64,000 nt of DNA, from contig NC_043011.1 of NCBI RefSeq assembly GCF_006345805.1, positions 4,650,001 through 4,714,000 of the forward strand, written 5' to 3'. The notes beneath the pieces are model-generated. The model worked only from the letters and a program-made list of their open reading frames with translations, had not been told where the DNA came from and did no database searches. The stretch is from Octopus sinensis. Taxonomy: Eukaryota. Both the position numbers and the translations under genes were made by a program. Each line of letters opens with the position of its first letter. The first letter of the stretch is position 1. Shown here one piece after another: positions 27,076 through 39,948 of the stretch.

Positions 27076-27225
27076 GTTGTGAGTTCAAATTCTGCTGTGG
27101 TCGATTTTACCTTTTATCCTTTCCGGGGTCGATAAATTAAATACTAGTGAAACACTGGGGTCGATATAATCGACTAGTCCCCTCCCCACAAATTTGAGGC
27201 CTTGTGCTTCCAGTAGAAAGGATTA
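27076..27225 (+). mobile_element. SINE family B (3' part) with (TTA/TCA)n tail
   Basis: gagttcaaattc...tcctttccggggtcgataaa...ggccttgtgcttccagtagaaaggattatt. Confidence 0.8.
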
Positions 27226-27303
27226 TTTACATAATCATCATCATCATCATCATCATCATCATTATTATTATCATTATTATTATTATTATTATCATCATCA
27301 TCA

Positions 27304-27383
<80 letters not shown>

Positions 27384-27390
27384 TATTATT

Positions 27391-28393
27391 CAGTAGTTTT
27401 ATTTTTATAGCGTGCTTTCACTTCACTACCGAGCGCAGTTCTGTGTGCCTTGGCTATGTGTTGTGATTTGTTGTGATGCTCTGATGGTTATTGTATTGAA
27501 AGTGTTCTGCGTAGGATGTGTGCAGTGCCTAGTAGTGCAATTTTCTGTATGTTATATGTGTTTGTAAGTCCTGGTGTTTTTGTTATGTATTTGTCTGAAT
27601 ATTTTTTTATCATGCCTAATACACCTATTATGATAGGAATTGTTTCTGTTTTCAGATTCCACATTCTAGTTACCTCTATTTCCAGGTCTTTGTATTTTGA
27701 GAGTTTCTCCATTTCTTTTAGAGACATGTTGTCATCTGCCGGTATTGATACATCAATTAGAAAGCATTTTTTTTCTTCATGATCTCTGACAACTATATCT
27801 GGTCTGTTGGCCTTAATTTCTCTATCTGTGTGTATCGGCGTATCCCAGAGTATGGTTGCTTTCTCATTTTCTGTGACCTTTTCTGGTGTGTGCCTATACC
27901 ATCTTTTTTCTGTTGTTATTCCATAATGTTGGCATAGCTTCCAGTGTATGTAGGTTCCAACTCTGTCATGTCTGGGAATATATTCCTTCTTAGCCAGGAC
28001 TGGGCAGCCAGAGATAATATGATTTATTGTTTCGTGTCCATCTCCACATATTCTGCAGTTACTTGTTATATTTCTTTTCGTTACATGTTTTTGGTAATTT
28101 CTGGTGTGGAGGCTTTGATCTTGTGCTGCAATTAAAAATCCCTCTGTCTCTGCTTTGAGTCCTGAGCTTCTCAACCATTGCTGGAATTTTTCTTTGTCTA
28201 TTTCTTTTGCGTTTAGTTTAGTCCAGTATTTATCATGAAGGGGCTTTTCTTGCCATCGTTTTATCATGGTTCTTTGCTGTTCTAGTTTTAGTTTGGATTT
28301 CATTTGTTTTATAGCTTTTGTTGTTTCTTCATCTTCTTCTTCATATTTGTTAGGTAGTATGATTTCTTGTTTGTATTTGTCAGCTTCCTTAAT
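27391..28393 (-). mobile_element. 5'-truncated R4/Dong-like non-LTR retrotransposon in a (TAA)n array
   Basis: Open ORF plus ~97-nt 3' UTR ending ...actactg(aat)n; (TAA)n flanks both sides. Confidence 0.92.
27488..28393 (-). CDS. C-terminal ~300 aa of the retrotransposon ORF: CCHC zinc knuckle plus restriction-like endonuclease
   Basis: CRICGDGHETINHIISGC; HDRVGTYIHWKLC; RPDIVVRDHEEKKCFLIDVSIP; KLSKYKDL. The frame stays open upstream of the listed Met as far as the truncation point. Confidence 0.9.
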   Translation of the reverse strand: MKEADKYKQEIILPNKYEEEDEETTKAIKQMKSKLKLEQQRTMIKRWQEKPLHDKYWTKLNAKEIDKEKFQQWLRSSGLKAETEGFLIAAQDQSLHTRNYQKHVTKRNITSNCRICGDGHETINHIISGCPVLAKKEYIPRHDRVGTYIHWKLCQHYGITTEKRWYRHTPEKVTENEKATILWDTPIHTDREIKANRPDIVVRDHEEKKCFLIDVSIPADDNMSLKEMEKLSKYKDLEIEVTRMWNLKTETIPIIIGVLGMIKKYSDKYITKTPGLTNTYNIQKIALLGTAHILRRTLSIQ

Positions 28394-28430
28394 TATTATT
28401 CCTTATTATTCCTTATTATTATTATTATTA

Positions 28431-28470
<40 letters not shown>

Positions 28471-28473
28471 TTA

Positions 28474-28512
<39 letters not shown>

Positions 28513-28556
28513 AGTATTATTATTATTATTATTATATATCATCATCATCATCATCA

Positions 28557-28598
<42 letters not shown>

Positions 28599-29038
28599 TA
28601 TTATTATTATTTTATTATTATTATATTGCTATTGCTGCTGTTGTTGCTGCTGTTATGGTTAGTAAATTGGTGGATTAGCAGAATGACGAGAGCATCGAGC
28701 AGAGTATTTCGTGATATTTATTTAGGTGCAGTCCCAACCAGATCAACCTCACCTCTTATCCTTCCGAGGACAAAGTAGCATTTATGTAGCGGAGATTCAT
28801 ACATAATCGACGGTTGCCTCTCGTCAAAAATACACGGCCTTGTGCCTATGTTAAAAGTCCTCATACTTCATATTTATTAGTTTCAAATCTTGGTACAAGG
28901 CCAGAAATTTCAGGGACGGAGTAAGTCGAGTAAACCGACCCTAGTACTCAACTGGTACTTATTTTGTCGACTTCGAAAGGATGAAAAGGCAAAGTTGGCC
29001 TGGGTGCGATTTAATCATCATGATTATTATTAAACCCT

Positions 29039-29083
<45 letters not shown>

Positions 29084-30046
29084 AGTAGTAGTAGCGGTAG
29101 CAGCTGCAGTAGCAGCAACAGCAGTAGTAGTAGTGGTGGTAGAATTAGTTATTGTAACAACAGCAATAGTATTAAAAGTAACGGTGTCTGTATGCCTGTA
29201 CGTGTGTGGGTGTACGAGCACTGAAGCCAATTGTACGAGACCTAGTTATGTGTTCTTGTACACACACACACACACACACACACACACTTTTATTTATCCA
29301 TTTATTTATGTATTTACTTATTCTATAATTTCTATTCATGTTTTGTTACATGAAACCCAGTGCACCATATATAATTAGGTCTGTTCGTGTTTTCATCACC
29401 GACATCTTGTTCATTTATATCTCAAGGTCCTCTCTTATTTTTCTTTACACTTTTTTTCTCTTTACCTGTTTTGTGTCTATAGATAACTTCAAAATCTCAC
29501 TGGCAGCAATGTTTTTTGGCGTGGAAAGATTAAAATTTCTATCAGTGCAATTGGTTCCTCTTTCTTCTCTTTATTTGTTGTTATTTTTCTTATTCTCCAT
29601 CATCATCACCGTATTTTGCTTCCTATATCCTGCCATCATCATTCTCCGTTCTAATGATATTTGAGCGGTTTCCTTATATTTTCTTTATCTGTATTTACAG
29701 GCATGTCATAAAATATGGTATCTTTATCATTTTCCCAGGCAGTTTTCGCGGTGAGAGCTTCCACCTTTAAACCTTTGCTCTATCTATTAATGATGAAGAT
29801 AATTAAAACAGCAATTTAAATGAAAGGGGAGATCGCAATTCTTATTAACGTTCAATACATAAATTGTTCATCACAATTTCAGTGTGGCTCAATAAAGCAG
29901 GAAGGAAGGTGTAGAAGAAATAGACAGATAGAGGAAGACACCCGTTGGTCTTACCCTACTGACTACAAGAAACAACGTCAAAGCGCTAAGTCGTGAGTGG
30001 GGAAAGGGAGGGCTGTGGAGACCCATGACTGACGGCAGCTGTAGGC

Positions 30047-30123
<77 letters not shown>

Positions 30124-30424
30124 TCTTTCTTTATTAACCGCCAAGGGTTTACATTAAGAAAAATAAGGACGGTAGAGGACAAAAACAAAGAATGTGTGTA
30201 TGTGTATGTGTGTGAGAGCGTGTTCTTGTGAGGGTCTTGCGTGTAGACAAACAAAATTATATATATACTCTTCTTGTACTCTTCTACTCTTCTACTTGTT
30301 TCAGTCATTTGACTGTGGCCATGCTGGAGCACCACCATTAGTCGAACAAATCGACCCCAGGACTTATTCTTTGTAAGCCTAGTACTTATTCTATCAGTCT
30401 CTTTTGCCGAACCGCTAAGTTATA

Positions 30425-31640
30425 TATAAAATTGAGCAATGTGTAATCCTCAATAGAAGAGACATTCAAGGGTTGCTCTTGAAAAAAAACACTCATAAAA
30501 ACAATGTGTACCCTGACTTTTGTGGGACAGGTGCCTTTTTTGTCAGTCCTTGCTACACACGACAGCAGGTGTTCGACATAAACCCACAAGTCAGCAATGC
30601 TCGGGCACTGGATGAGTGCATGGAGGACCGTCTCATCGTCCTCCGCGCATCTCACACATGCTCGGCTGGTGGCACTTCCGTGCCCATATAGATTATATCG
30701 AACAGGAAAAGCTCACCGGAAGCATTGTCAAGCCAGAGAGTTTTTGAAGTTTCTTTTATTGGCTGAATACAAAACAAATAGGGGTAATACAATTCAAGGG
30801 ACAAGTGGGGTGTTGATCAATGCTATGTATACAATATGTAACAAAAAACAATTAACAAAACAGTTAAACAATAAAAATTCCCCAAAAGGGGGGAGTTCCT
30901 CACAGGGGCCACCGAGGAACCCCACACAATCTAAAGGTGGGGTGGGGTGGGGATGCAGAATTTCTATCTACTCACTTTCCTTTTCAAGTTGAACTTGAAA
31001 ACGTCGATAAGGGCTTGATCGAAGAGAAAAGTGCCTGTTTTCAGTCCTTTTAATCTCGCCCACTACATTACCTCCTTCGCCATAGTCACCAAACAGAGGA
31101 AAGCTACCTTTCCTTCTCGGTCAAAGGAAGGTGGCGGGGCGATCTTCACGATGGACTCGGCTGATAACCAGATCCGTCCTACACGCAACAACAAAGTTCC
31201 ACAAGTCAGTGATGTACGGACACTGGACTAGTGCATGTAGGACGGTTTCGTCGCCCTGCGCACATCTCCGTCTATCAGCACTTCCGTGTCTGTAGAACTC
31301 GTCTCGAACCGAAAGAGCTCTCCAGAGCAAGGCCAGAGATTTCTGGAAGTTATCCATAGGCTCCGGCCCAAAAGTCCCCCGGAAAAGACTAATTAATTGA
31401 TCTTTCCCGACGCCTAGAGTTTCCCCGAAGACGTCGTCACTCTCGCCTGTCACTAATCCACTATAGACTTCTATAGTGGAACTTCCACCGACCGTGTTGC
31501 CCGACTGACAGAAAGATGCGAGCGCTTGCCACTCTAGGTGACAAGCACCATTTCTTGGTCTACGCTTGATCCAGGACTGCAGCTTCGTCAATGAGACAAG
31601 CTGCGGAAAATCCTGCCGAACAAACGGCGACCACACTCGC
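30425..31640 (-). mobile_element. Two tandem L1/Tx1-type LINE 3' fragments (31640-30750 with 3' UTR and AATAAA; 30745-30425)
   Basis: RCAQGDETVLHALVQCPYITDLW and RCAEDDETVLHALIQCPSIADLW (ORF2 C-terminal CCHC); AATAAA on the minus strand near 30755. Confidence 0.75.
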
Positions 31641-31689
31641 TCACCGTTAAGGAAACACTGGAGTAATAATAATAATGATAATAATGATG

Positions 31690-31729
<40 letters not shown>

Positions 31730-31800
31730 TGATGATGATGATGATGATGATAATAATAATAAAAATAAAAATAATAATAATAAAAATGATAATAATGATG

Positions 31801-31852
<52 letters not shown>

Positions 31853-32124
31853 GAAGAAGAAGAAGAAGAAGGAGAAGCATGGCCGCAGTCAAATGACTAA
31901 AACAAGTAAAAGAATAAAAAAACAAGGTGGAAAACACGTGAGCTGATGGTCTCGGTGCTGGAGGTGGTTGGGGTTTATCTCCCTGCTAGAGATATAAACA
32001 AAAGTGCATTTTACAACAAAACGTTCCTCTCGTGGTTACCCTCGCAATAAAGATTGTTCTAATAGAACATCCACGTTTAAGTGGGGATAAATAAAACATA
32101 CAACAATCTCTATTATATATTTAC

Positions 32125-32339
32125 CTTTCATCTTTTACTTGTTTCAGTTATTGAACAGCAGTCATGCTGGGCACCATCCTGAAGGAGTTACTTGAAAAAA
32201 ATCAAGTACTTACTTTTGAAATCTGGGACGTACTCTTTCAAACTCTTTTGCCGAACTGCTACGTGGACGGAAGCTAATCAATACTGACTGGCGAACAGTG
32301 TGAGGCAAGCTTACACAGAGACACACAAACCCACGCACC

Positions 32340-32412
<73 letters not shown>

Positions 32413-32587
32413 TATATATATATAATATATTCGACGATCTTCAACAGTGTTCCCGTCAGCTCGCAAGGCATTTGTCACTGGGTCTACATTTAGAAGATAC
32501 TTGCCCAGGAAGCCATCCAGTGGGATTGAATCCGAAACCACGCGGTTGCAAAGGAGCTTCTTAAGCACAGAACCTCACCTGTGCCTT
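32125..32587 (-). mobile_element. SINE family A, diverged, internal (TA)n
   Basis: Tail cttttacttgtttcag and head gggattgaatccgaaaccacgcgg. Confidence 0.75.
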
Positions 32588-32726
32588 TAGAAAAGTTTAA
32601 TCTTCCAACTTGTATTAACCAGGACACTCCACATGCCTGATCATGTTTTTACTGTGCCCCACTCCTTTATTGCATAGAGCTGGAGAGTCTAAACTTTTTC
32701 GCGAGGCGTTCTTGTGTTATATTGAA

Positions 32727-33120
32727 CTAGCAGTATCGCCCGGCGTTGCTCGGGTTTGTAAGGGAAATAACTATATAAGCATTTTTAAAGATGTAAAGTA
32801 TAATAGCCATCTCAATATGGCTAACCACAAAGGGGGATGTTACTGTAGCTTTTTACGTTCTGAGATTTAATAATACATTTTTAGAGAGTTACTTCCCTTA
32901 TATATGCCAAAAATGCATTAAAAATGGGAAAAATTGATGGTAAATTTTTTTAAAATCGTAGACTCATTGTAGACGTGCGCTAATACCCAGAAGGGCTCGA
33001 TATGAATCACGACTATAAGATACCCGGTTTTGGTTAAACTGCACCGCAAAATGTGGGAGTAGTTAGGAATCTAAATCGTAGGAGACAGACAGCACACAAC
33101 CTTACTTTTATATATAAAGA
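32727..33120 (-). mobile_element. Non-autonomous Helitron
   Basis: Minus strand: 5' TC(tttatatataaaag), ctgtctgt tract, subterminal hairpin cccgagcaacgccggg, 3' CTAG; inserted between A and T (empty site ccgctca|ttcaat). Confidence 0.85.
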
Positions 33121-34150
33121 TGAGCGGCTGTCTTTAGGGTCGCTGAAGTATAATTCTTTGTGAAGTCTGTCTGAAATTTGATCTGTTATTGTATCGTTTT
33201 TATACTGTGTGAAACTTGAACCTATTTCCTTTTCGGTCTTTGTTTGGATATTACCTATGTGTATATTGTAGTTATTCTTTGTGTATATTCCTTATGTAGA
33301 TGCATAAGAGTTCTATTACAACTTTGTTATTTTTGCCAATGCTGTGAATTTCATTTTGTTCAGGAAGTTGTGTCTGTTATCATTCTACAACCGCTAACAT
33401 CCACGATTCATCTTTGTTGCTTTTGCCTTGGAATTTCAAGGTATACAACTTTCGGATGGATTTTTCTTACAGATATGTAACTGCTGTATCTCTACCAGGG
33501 AAGCTAAACTTTAGGTTCTTGAAGTTCAGCATCCATGTTTTTAAAGTTCAGGATCCTTGTAAATTTCTTCTCAGCAGCTTCTACACAACACAGTTCTGGT
33601 TTTTCGGGTGTCCTTTTCTCCACATGCAACTTAGCATGTCGACGTTGGTGGGGTGATCTTCTTGTAGTTAGCACGGTAATACCAACGAGTACCATCGCTC
33701 ACTGTCTACTTCTTCTCCCGCCTTTCAATTTTATTGAACCATACTGAATATATATCTATAATGATACCATCCGACCATGTATCACCAAATGTTACATATG
33801 CATTTACAACCTGAATATATTGTTCTACAAAGGTGATAACAAGTCAGGAAATTGACGTTATCACAAATGCCCCCTGGCGGTGACCTGTCTGCTTCTCGTT
33901 TCCAGATACTGCGGAACCGGCTTATGAACAGGCGTCTCTCGTAATATTTGGGCTGAGGTTTCAACCCATCCTCTATTTTAAAAATGGCAAATATGGTGCC
34001 AAATGACATCCCTCTCTCACTGAAAGAGATTTCCCTTAAAATATCTGCCAAATCTGTCTCCAATTCCTGTTTGCTTGGGATCAGTAGAACCTGTTCTGTT
34101 TTTGCTAGACGTTAGTTTTCTCCTCTGATAGTAGAAGACTGGTCCCGTTT
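33121..34150 (-). pseudogene. Decayed coding-like region, possibly LINE ORF1, continuing past the Helitron into an endonuclease-like start (32600-32726)
   Basis: Several open segments (e.g. ETDLADILREISFSERGMSFGTIFAIFK). Across the Helitron site one frame reads IQYNTRTPREKV (cf. APE start WN.R.L). No diagnostic motif. Confidence 0.3.
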
Positions 34151-34421
34151 CAGCGCACAAAATGTTACCAGGCATTCATTGTTTCAGAAAAATGTTTCAT
34201 ATCTAGAGTTTCCCTATTCAACAAAACGCCAAGTAAAGGACAATTGATCGTTGTTCGTGTTTGTATATGAAACGAAACGTGGATGTATACAGTTGTTACT
34301 GTTGTTGTTGTTGATAATGATGATGATGATGACAAGATTTCTACTCGGTTTTCTTAAACTGACTATTTTTTCTCTGTTTATGCATGTTGATACTTTCCAT
34401 TAAAATTGAATTGATAATCTG

Positions 34422-34494
<73 letters not shown>

Positions 34495-34859
34495 ATCATC
34501 ATTGTTGTTGTTTTGTTTTGAGAGAATCGGTAGAGGTACTGACAAATTGCTCTGTGTTATAACGTCATTTTACATTTTAAATTCAAAGGCTGTTGAGATC
34601 GATTAAGTTTCAATTGGAGTTCGATGTGGTCTCAGAACGTTAAAAAATAATTAACTAAACGCAACTAATAAGCGTAAAACATGTTGCCCTGTTCTCTACA
34701 AATTCACCCACCTACGAGGCAACAGTTTTTCTTTGGTAAGCCTGCACGTTAGAAATAGCAGCTAAATCTAAATCTTCCTCTTGATACGACCGTATCAAAA
34801 ATAAAAAAGAAAGAAAGGAAGAAAAAGAAAAGAATAGAAAAGAAAAGAAAAAGAAAAGC

Positions 34860-35040
34860 GCGAAGTCCTGTTGATGTAGGGGCCTGGGTTTTCGAGTATT
34901 TTCCATGCGATCGAGTATGGAATCCCTTCATCTCTTATTTGCCAGATATGGTTGGCCAGCGATGCCACGTATCTCCTTTCTGGGACTCTGAAGGAGGATA
35001 GATGATTGAAAATACGCTGTAATATCACAATAGTATCAAC
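34860..35040 (-). pseudogene. GIY-YIG C-terminal fragment of a second PLE family
   Basis: RIFNHLSSFRVPERRYVASLANHIWQIRDEGIPYSIAWKILE resembles the PLE endonuclease C-terminus (R..NH..SF....T.LS..IW.LK....Y.I.W.I). Confidence 0.6.
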
Positions 35041-35093
35041 TACTCTACATCTTAGAGTGTGCTTCTACTCCGGATTTATGTATTTCTACAAAC

Positions 35094-35134
<41 letters not shown>

Positions 35135-35160
35135 TATTATATATATATAATATATATATA

Positions 35161-35192
<32 letters not shown>

Positions 35193-35278
35193 GAGATCGG
35201 GGTAAGGCCAAAACGATGCGAAGTAAATGCAAGGTAAATCACAAGAAAACAAATATGTGAATGTAGAACTACCTCGTA

Positions 35279-35314
35279 TTCAATATTTCGGGGTTATGAC
35301 CCCATTTTCAAGAA
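35279..35314 (-). ncRNA. PLE-associated minimal HHR, U3:A8 core variant
   Basis: UUC-UUGAAAA-U-GGGG(UCAUAA)CCCC-GAAA-U-AUU|GAA. Confidence 0.65.
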
Positions 35315-36470
35315 ATAGACGAATGTTGCTGATGTGTGTGTGTGTGATTATGTGTGGAGTGGACATGCGCAGAAGGGTGTTGCTATAGTAACCACCTAGC
35401 TTTCTATAACTTTGCCTCTATTGTTGATCTTGGGGTTTCTTTTGGTGTATGAGGATGGCCTCAGAGATTCTAAGGTTGCCCATGTTCCGCTGTGTTGCCT
35501 TGGGGTGCACTGTGAATTCCCGGGTCTGGTATTTCCGTAGATGTTTCTTCGCGGAAGTGTCTGCCTGAATGTGTTCCTTAATGCGTATATGCAGTTTTCT
35601 TGTTGTGCTTCCGATGTAGGATGCGCCACATGTGCCACAGATGATCTCATATATGACATAAGTCCTCTGTCATAATTCAGGGTCATTGACAATAGAAATC
35701 TTTTCGTCCACTACCAATCGGCCTTGCCCACCAGGACCAAATCCGCATTACGTGAGAAACGAGATTGCACGTATAAACAACAATTGCAGCAACGTGACCG
35801 ACAAAACAGCCAACACCAAACAGTTCCTCAGAGATCTAACCCTGAATGGCTACCCATCATCTTTAGCTAAACAACGGCGCCTTAAGAACATCAAGGTCAA
35901 TAAATCCCAGAAGAACCAGCATACTTCCAAGTCTGGCACATGCTTCCTAAAGCTACCATACTTTGACGACGGAACTGTTGCAGTAATACAACACACAGTC
36001 TGCCGGGAAGGACTCGACATACGGATTGTGCGAACCAGCCCTTCTCCGAGAAAAGTTCTATCCAAGAACAACACCTCTCACTACTCCGAGGAGTGCACAT
36101 CGTCGAACTTCCCCATCAATGGCCCTGAATTGTGCTAGAGGACTTTTGTCATATATGAGATTATCTGTGGCAAATGTGGCGCATCCTACATCGGATATAC
36201 GACAAGAAAACTGCATATACGCATTAAGGAACACATGCAATGCAGGCAGACACTACCGTGAAGAAATATCCAGTCCCGGGAATTCACAGTGCACATTAAG
36301 GCAACACAGTGGAACAGGGGCAACCTTAGAATCTCTGAGGCCATGCTCATACACCAAAAGAAACTCAAAATCAACAGCAGAAGGGAGTTACAGCAAGCTA
36401 GCTAGTTACTATAGCAACACACTTCTGCGCATGTCCACTCCATACACGCATATCGGCAACATTCGACACT

Positions 36471-36506
36471 TTCTTGAAAAAGGGGTCATAACTCCGAAAT
36501 ATTGAA
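36471..36506 (+). ncRNA. PLE-associated minimal HHR, U3:A8 variant, upstream of the ORF
   Basis: UUC-UUGAAAA-A-GGGG(UCAUAA)CUCC-GAAA-U-AUU|GAA; one G-U pair in stem II. The copy at 39740-39775 is degenerate (G5U). Confidence 0.6.
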
Positions 36507-36512
36507 TATAAA

Positions 36513-36638
36513 GTAAATATACATTAATTCACATATTTGTTTTCTTGTGATTTACTTGGCATTGTTTTGTGTGATCTTGAGTTCTTTTGGCCTCACCCAC
36601 CATCTTCTATGCAATATATTCTGCACAATGCTTCACAG
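36513..36638 (+). other. Putative 126-nt spliceosomal intron in the PLE 5' UTR / pseudo-LTR
   Basis: GT is conserved in all four repeat copies (GTAAGT at 39782 and at 55108 minus); T-rich body; cttcacAG / cttcatAG acceptor 16 nt before ATG 36655. Confidence 0.55.
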
Positions 36639-37892
36639 TAATTATTCCATTATAATGTCGTCATGCTTGGGCCAGGTGGAACTGAATATTAGGCTAAAAA
36701 TATTCAAACTAACGCAAAAAAGAGCGAGAAATTGTTGCCAGATCAACTTTCTAACTGTCAAAACAGATTTTCCCCAACACAATAAGGAATACTCACCTGC
36801 CAGAATGCTTTAACCTATGTAGCTTCAAAAACTCTCGCTTATTCATACATAAATCCATTACTAAGAAAATATTAAAACACCTTCACGGAAGGCTCTCTCA
36901 ACACATTCTTAATATCACTAATCTAAAAACCAAGCTTGCATAACAAACCGTCTATCCAGACATCTCTCTCCCTCGCTTACACGACATGATAAACCAATGC
37001 TATCACAATAGACTATCCCATGAGATGGAACACCTTACAAGAAAATTCCAATGGATTAAGAACTGACATCACGCGGCCCAGAATCCGTTGAACTACATCA
37101 ACAACAATTTCTACTACCATTTCTAGAGAGAGACACTAGTGACAATATTCCTCACATCAGATTAAATTCCTCACAACAGATTAAATTCTTCTGCTGACTC
37201 GACCAACGACATTACTACCACCACCCCGACACCTCCATTAACACCAACAACAAAATACATCACACTGACCAACAAATAAATATAACAACTTAAATACTTC
37301 AACCACCACCAACACGACAGCAATAGCAATAATTGACCAACCACCGAACTCTATGCGCCCTACAACCACCACCCACAGGGCCCCAACACCACCTAATACA
37401 TCCATACCTACGACGGCCACTGCTGCTGCTGCTAACGATACCCTGGTTACAGACCTTTCTGGTTCTCTCACACGGGCAGAGAAACAACTGCTAAGCTACG
37501 GATCCAAATTCATTCTAACACAACTCAATGACAAATTGAAATTAGAGATAGAGACCAACTTCTGTCGGACAGCTGCCAACTAAAATAGATTACGGCCCTT
37601 AAACCCCCTCCTCCATATCATCTTCGCCTTCATCGTCATTGCTGCCAACATCCTCACTGTCAACATCACCGCCGATATTACCCTCACCATCTCTACATTT
37701 TCTTCCCCATCATCTTTACCGTCTTCATCAGCGTCATCGTCATCATCTACCCCTTTATCTCCTCTTCCCCTTCCACCGCCCCTACATCTTCCTCATTATC
37801 ATCTTCACCGTCTTCATCATCGTCATCTCTTTCTTCTTCTTCTTCTTCTTCTTCTTCTTCTTCTTCTTCTTCTTCTTCTTTTTCTTCTTCTT

Positions 37893-37933
<41 letters not shown>

Positions 37934-39948
37934 TCCTCCGCTACACTTAGATTCCCCGTCTACCACCTCAATAACCCACTCCACCCTCCCTCTCACAACC
38001 CCGAACTCAACACGAACCTAGCTAGACTCAAACAATCCATACTTAACATATTAGATAAAAGCCCTTCCCCATCACGCAACCTTACTAAATCCCAATTCCT
38101 GACCTTGCAAAACCTAAGAAACAAAAACCTCATCTACCTACCTTCAGACAAAGGGAAAGAATTCTGCATTATAGACAAATCCGCCTACAACAAACTAGAT
38201 ATCGAACACTTCAGTGACACCACACTATACGACAAAGTTTACCAACTGGAGTCCACCATAAGCATTAGCCGGACCAACATCTGTCACCAAAAAAATCTCT
38301 CTAAGACTGAACTACACATCTATAAATACCACCCTTCCATCCTTCTACCATTTAATAAAAATCCACAAACCTGGATCTAAGCTTCAAATCAGACCCATAG
38401 TATTAGGAATTAACGGCCCTTTCTATAAGATTTCCTGGCTCCTCTCTAAACTCCTTAAGCTCTTACTACACGCATTCCCCGGACACGTCAGCAGCTCCCA
38501 CGAAATTTTCACAAGACTCAGAGATAGCGACCTCCCCATACTTAAAACTAACAAAAACCCTTTTAGTTTAGACGTAGTTTCCCTCTATACATCTGTACTC
38601 GCTCTCCCGGCCGTTGATATCCTCATAGACCACATCATGTCCTTATAACCCCATGCATCTACTTGCTCGCCACCTCCCACCCCTGCAACCTCCTTCCCAT
38701 CTTCCTATTCATCTTCTCCCACCTCTCCATCCATCAACCCCCAGCTCTTCGGCCTCACACCCTCGCACATACGAGTGTTACTTACCATTATTTTCAGTAT
38801 AACGCTGTGATTTACAAACAGACTTCCGGTCTACCTATAAGATTTCGCCTTTCAGGCCTGCCGGTCATCACGTACATGAATAAGCTAGAATGCACAGCCC
38901 TCAACACCTGCCGTTCATACATCTTCTTCACCATGTACGTTGATGACATCCTTATCTCCACGTCCTCCGGGGATAAGGCCATTAACATATACCGGACCTT
39001 CGATAACACCGACATAAACATCAAATTCGAGATTGAACATACAGACTCTCTCTCTACTCGACTTCCAAATCAAGATCACAGAGGAAGGCTCCATATTTCC
39101 AAAATTCTATAGAAAAGCCGCTAATAGAAAACTTCCCCACCAACGGCGCCTAAAGAACAAGGTCAATAAACCCCGGAAGAACCAGCACACTCCCAAGTCC
39201 GGCACGTGCTTCCTAAAGCTACCAGACTTTGATGAGAGAGCTACTGCAGCGATACAACACGCAATCCGCAGGAAAGGACTCGACATACAGGTAGTGAACA
39301 CCGGCCCTTCCCTAAGAAAAGCTCTGTCCAAGAACAACACCTCTCACTACTCCGAGGAGTGCACATTGTTGAACTTATGCCAGAGGACTTATGTCATATA
39401 TGAGATTATCTGTGGCAAATGTGGCGCATCCTACATCGGATACACGACACGTAAACTGCATATACGCATTAAGGAACATATGCAATGCAGGCAGACACTT
39501 TCGTGAAGAAACATCTACGGAAATACCAGACCCGGGAATTTACAGTGCACATCAAGGCAACACAGTGGAATAAGGGCAACCTTAGAATCTCTGGGGTCAT
39601 CCTCATACACCAAAAGAAACCCAAAATCAACAATAGAAGTAAAGTTATAGAAAGCTAGCTAGTTACTATAGCAACACCCTTCTGCGCATGTCCACTCCAT
39701 ACACGCTCACATACACGCACATCGGCAACATTCGTCAATTTCTTTAAAATGAGGTCATAACCCCGAAATATTGAATACAAGGTAAGTCTTCATTAATTCA
39801 CATATTTGTTTTCTTGTGATTCACCTTGCATTTACTTCGCATTGTTTGGTGTGATCTTGAGTTCTTTTGGCCTTACCCACGATCTTTTATACAATATATT
39901 CTGCACAATGCTTCATAGTAATTATTCCATTATATATATGTACATATA

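Larger units (their letters stand above)
35192..39934 (+). mobile_element. Composite Penelope-like element: inverted 3' segment (35192-35689, -), partial tandem copy (35690-36654), decayed full ORF (36655-~39660), 3' pseudo-LTR (to 39934)
   Basis: RT motifs FSLDVVSLYTSV, YKQTSGLP, MYVDDILI (YVDD 38936-38947); NGYP and LKLPYF thumb/linker; GIY-YIG YVIYEIICGKCGASYIGYTTRKLHIRIKEH; (TA)n on both flanks. Confidence 0.92.
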
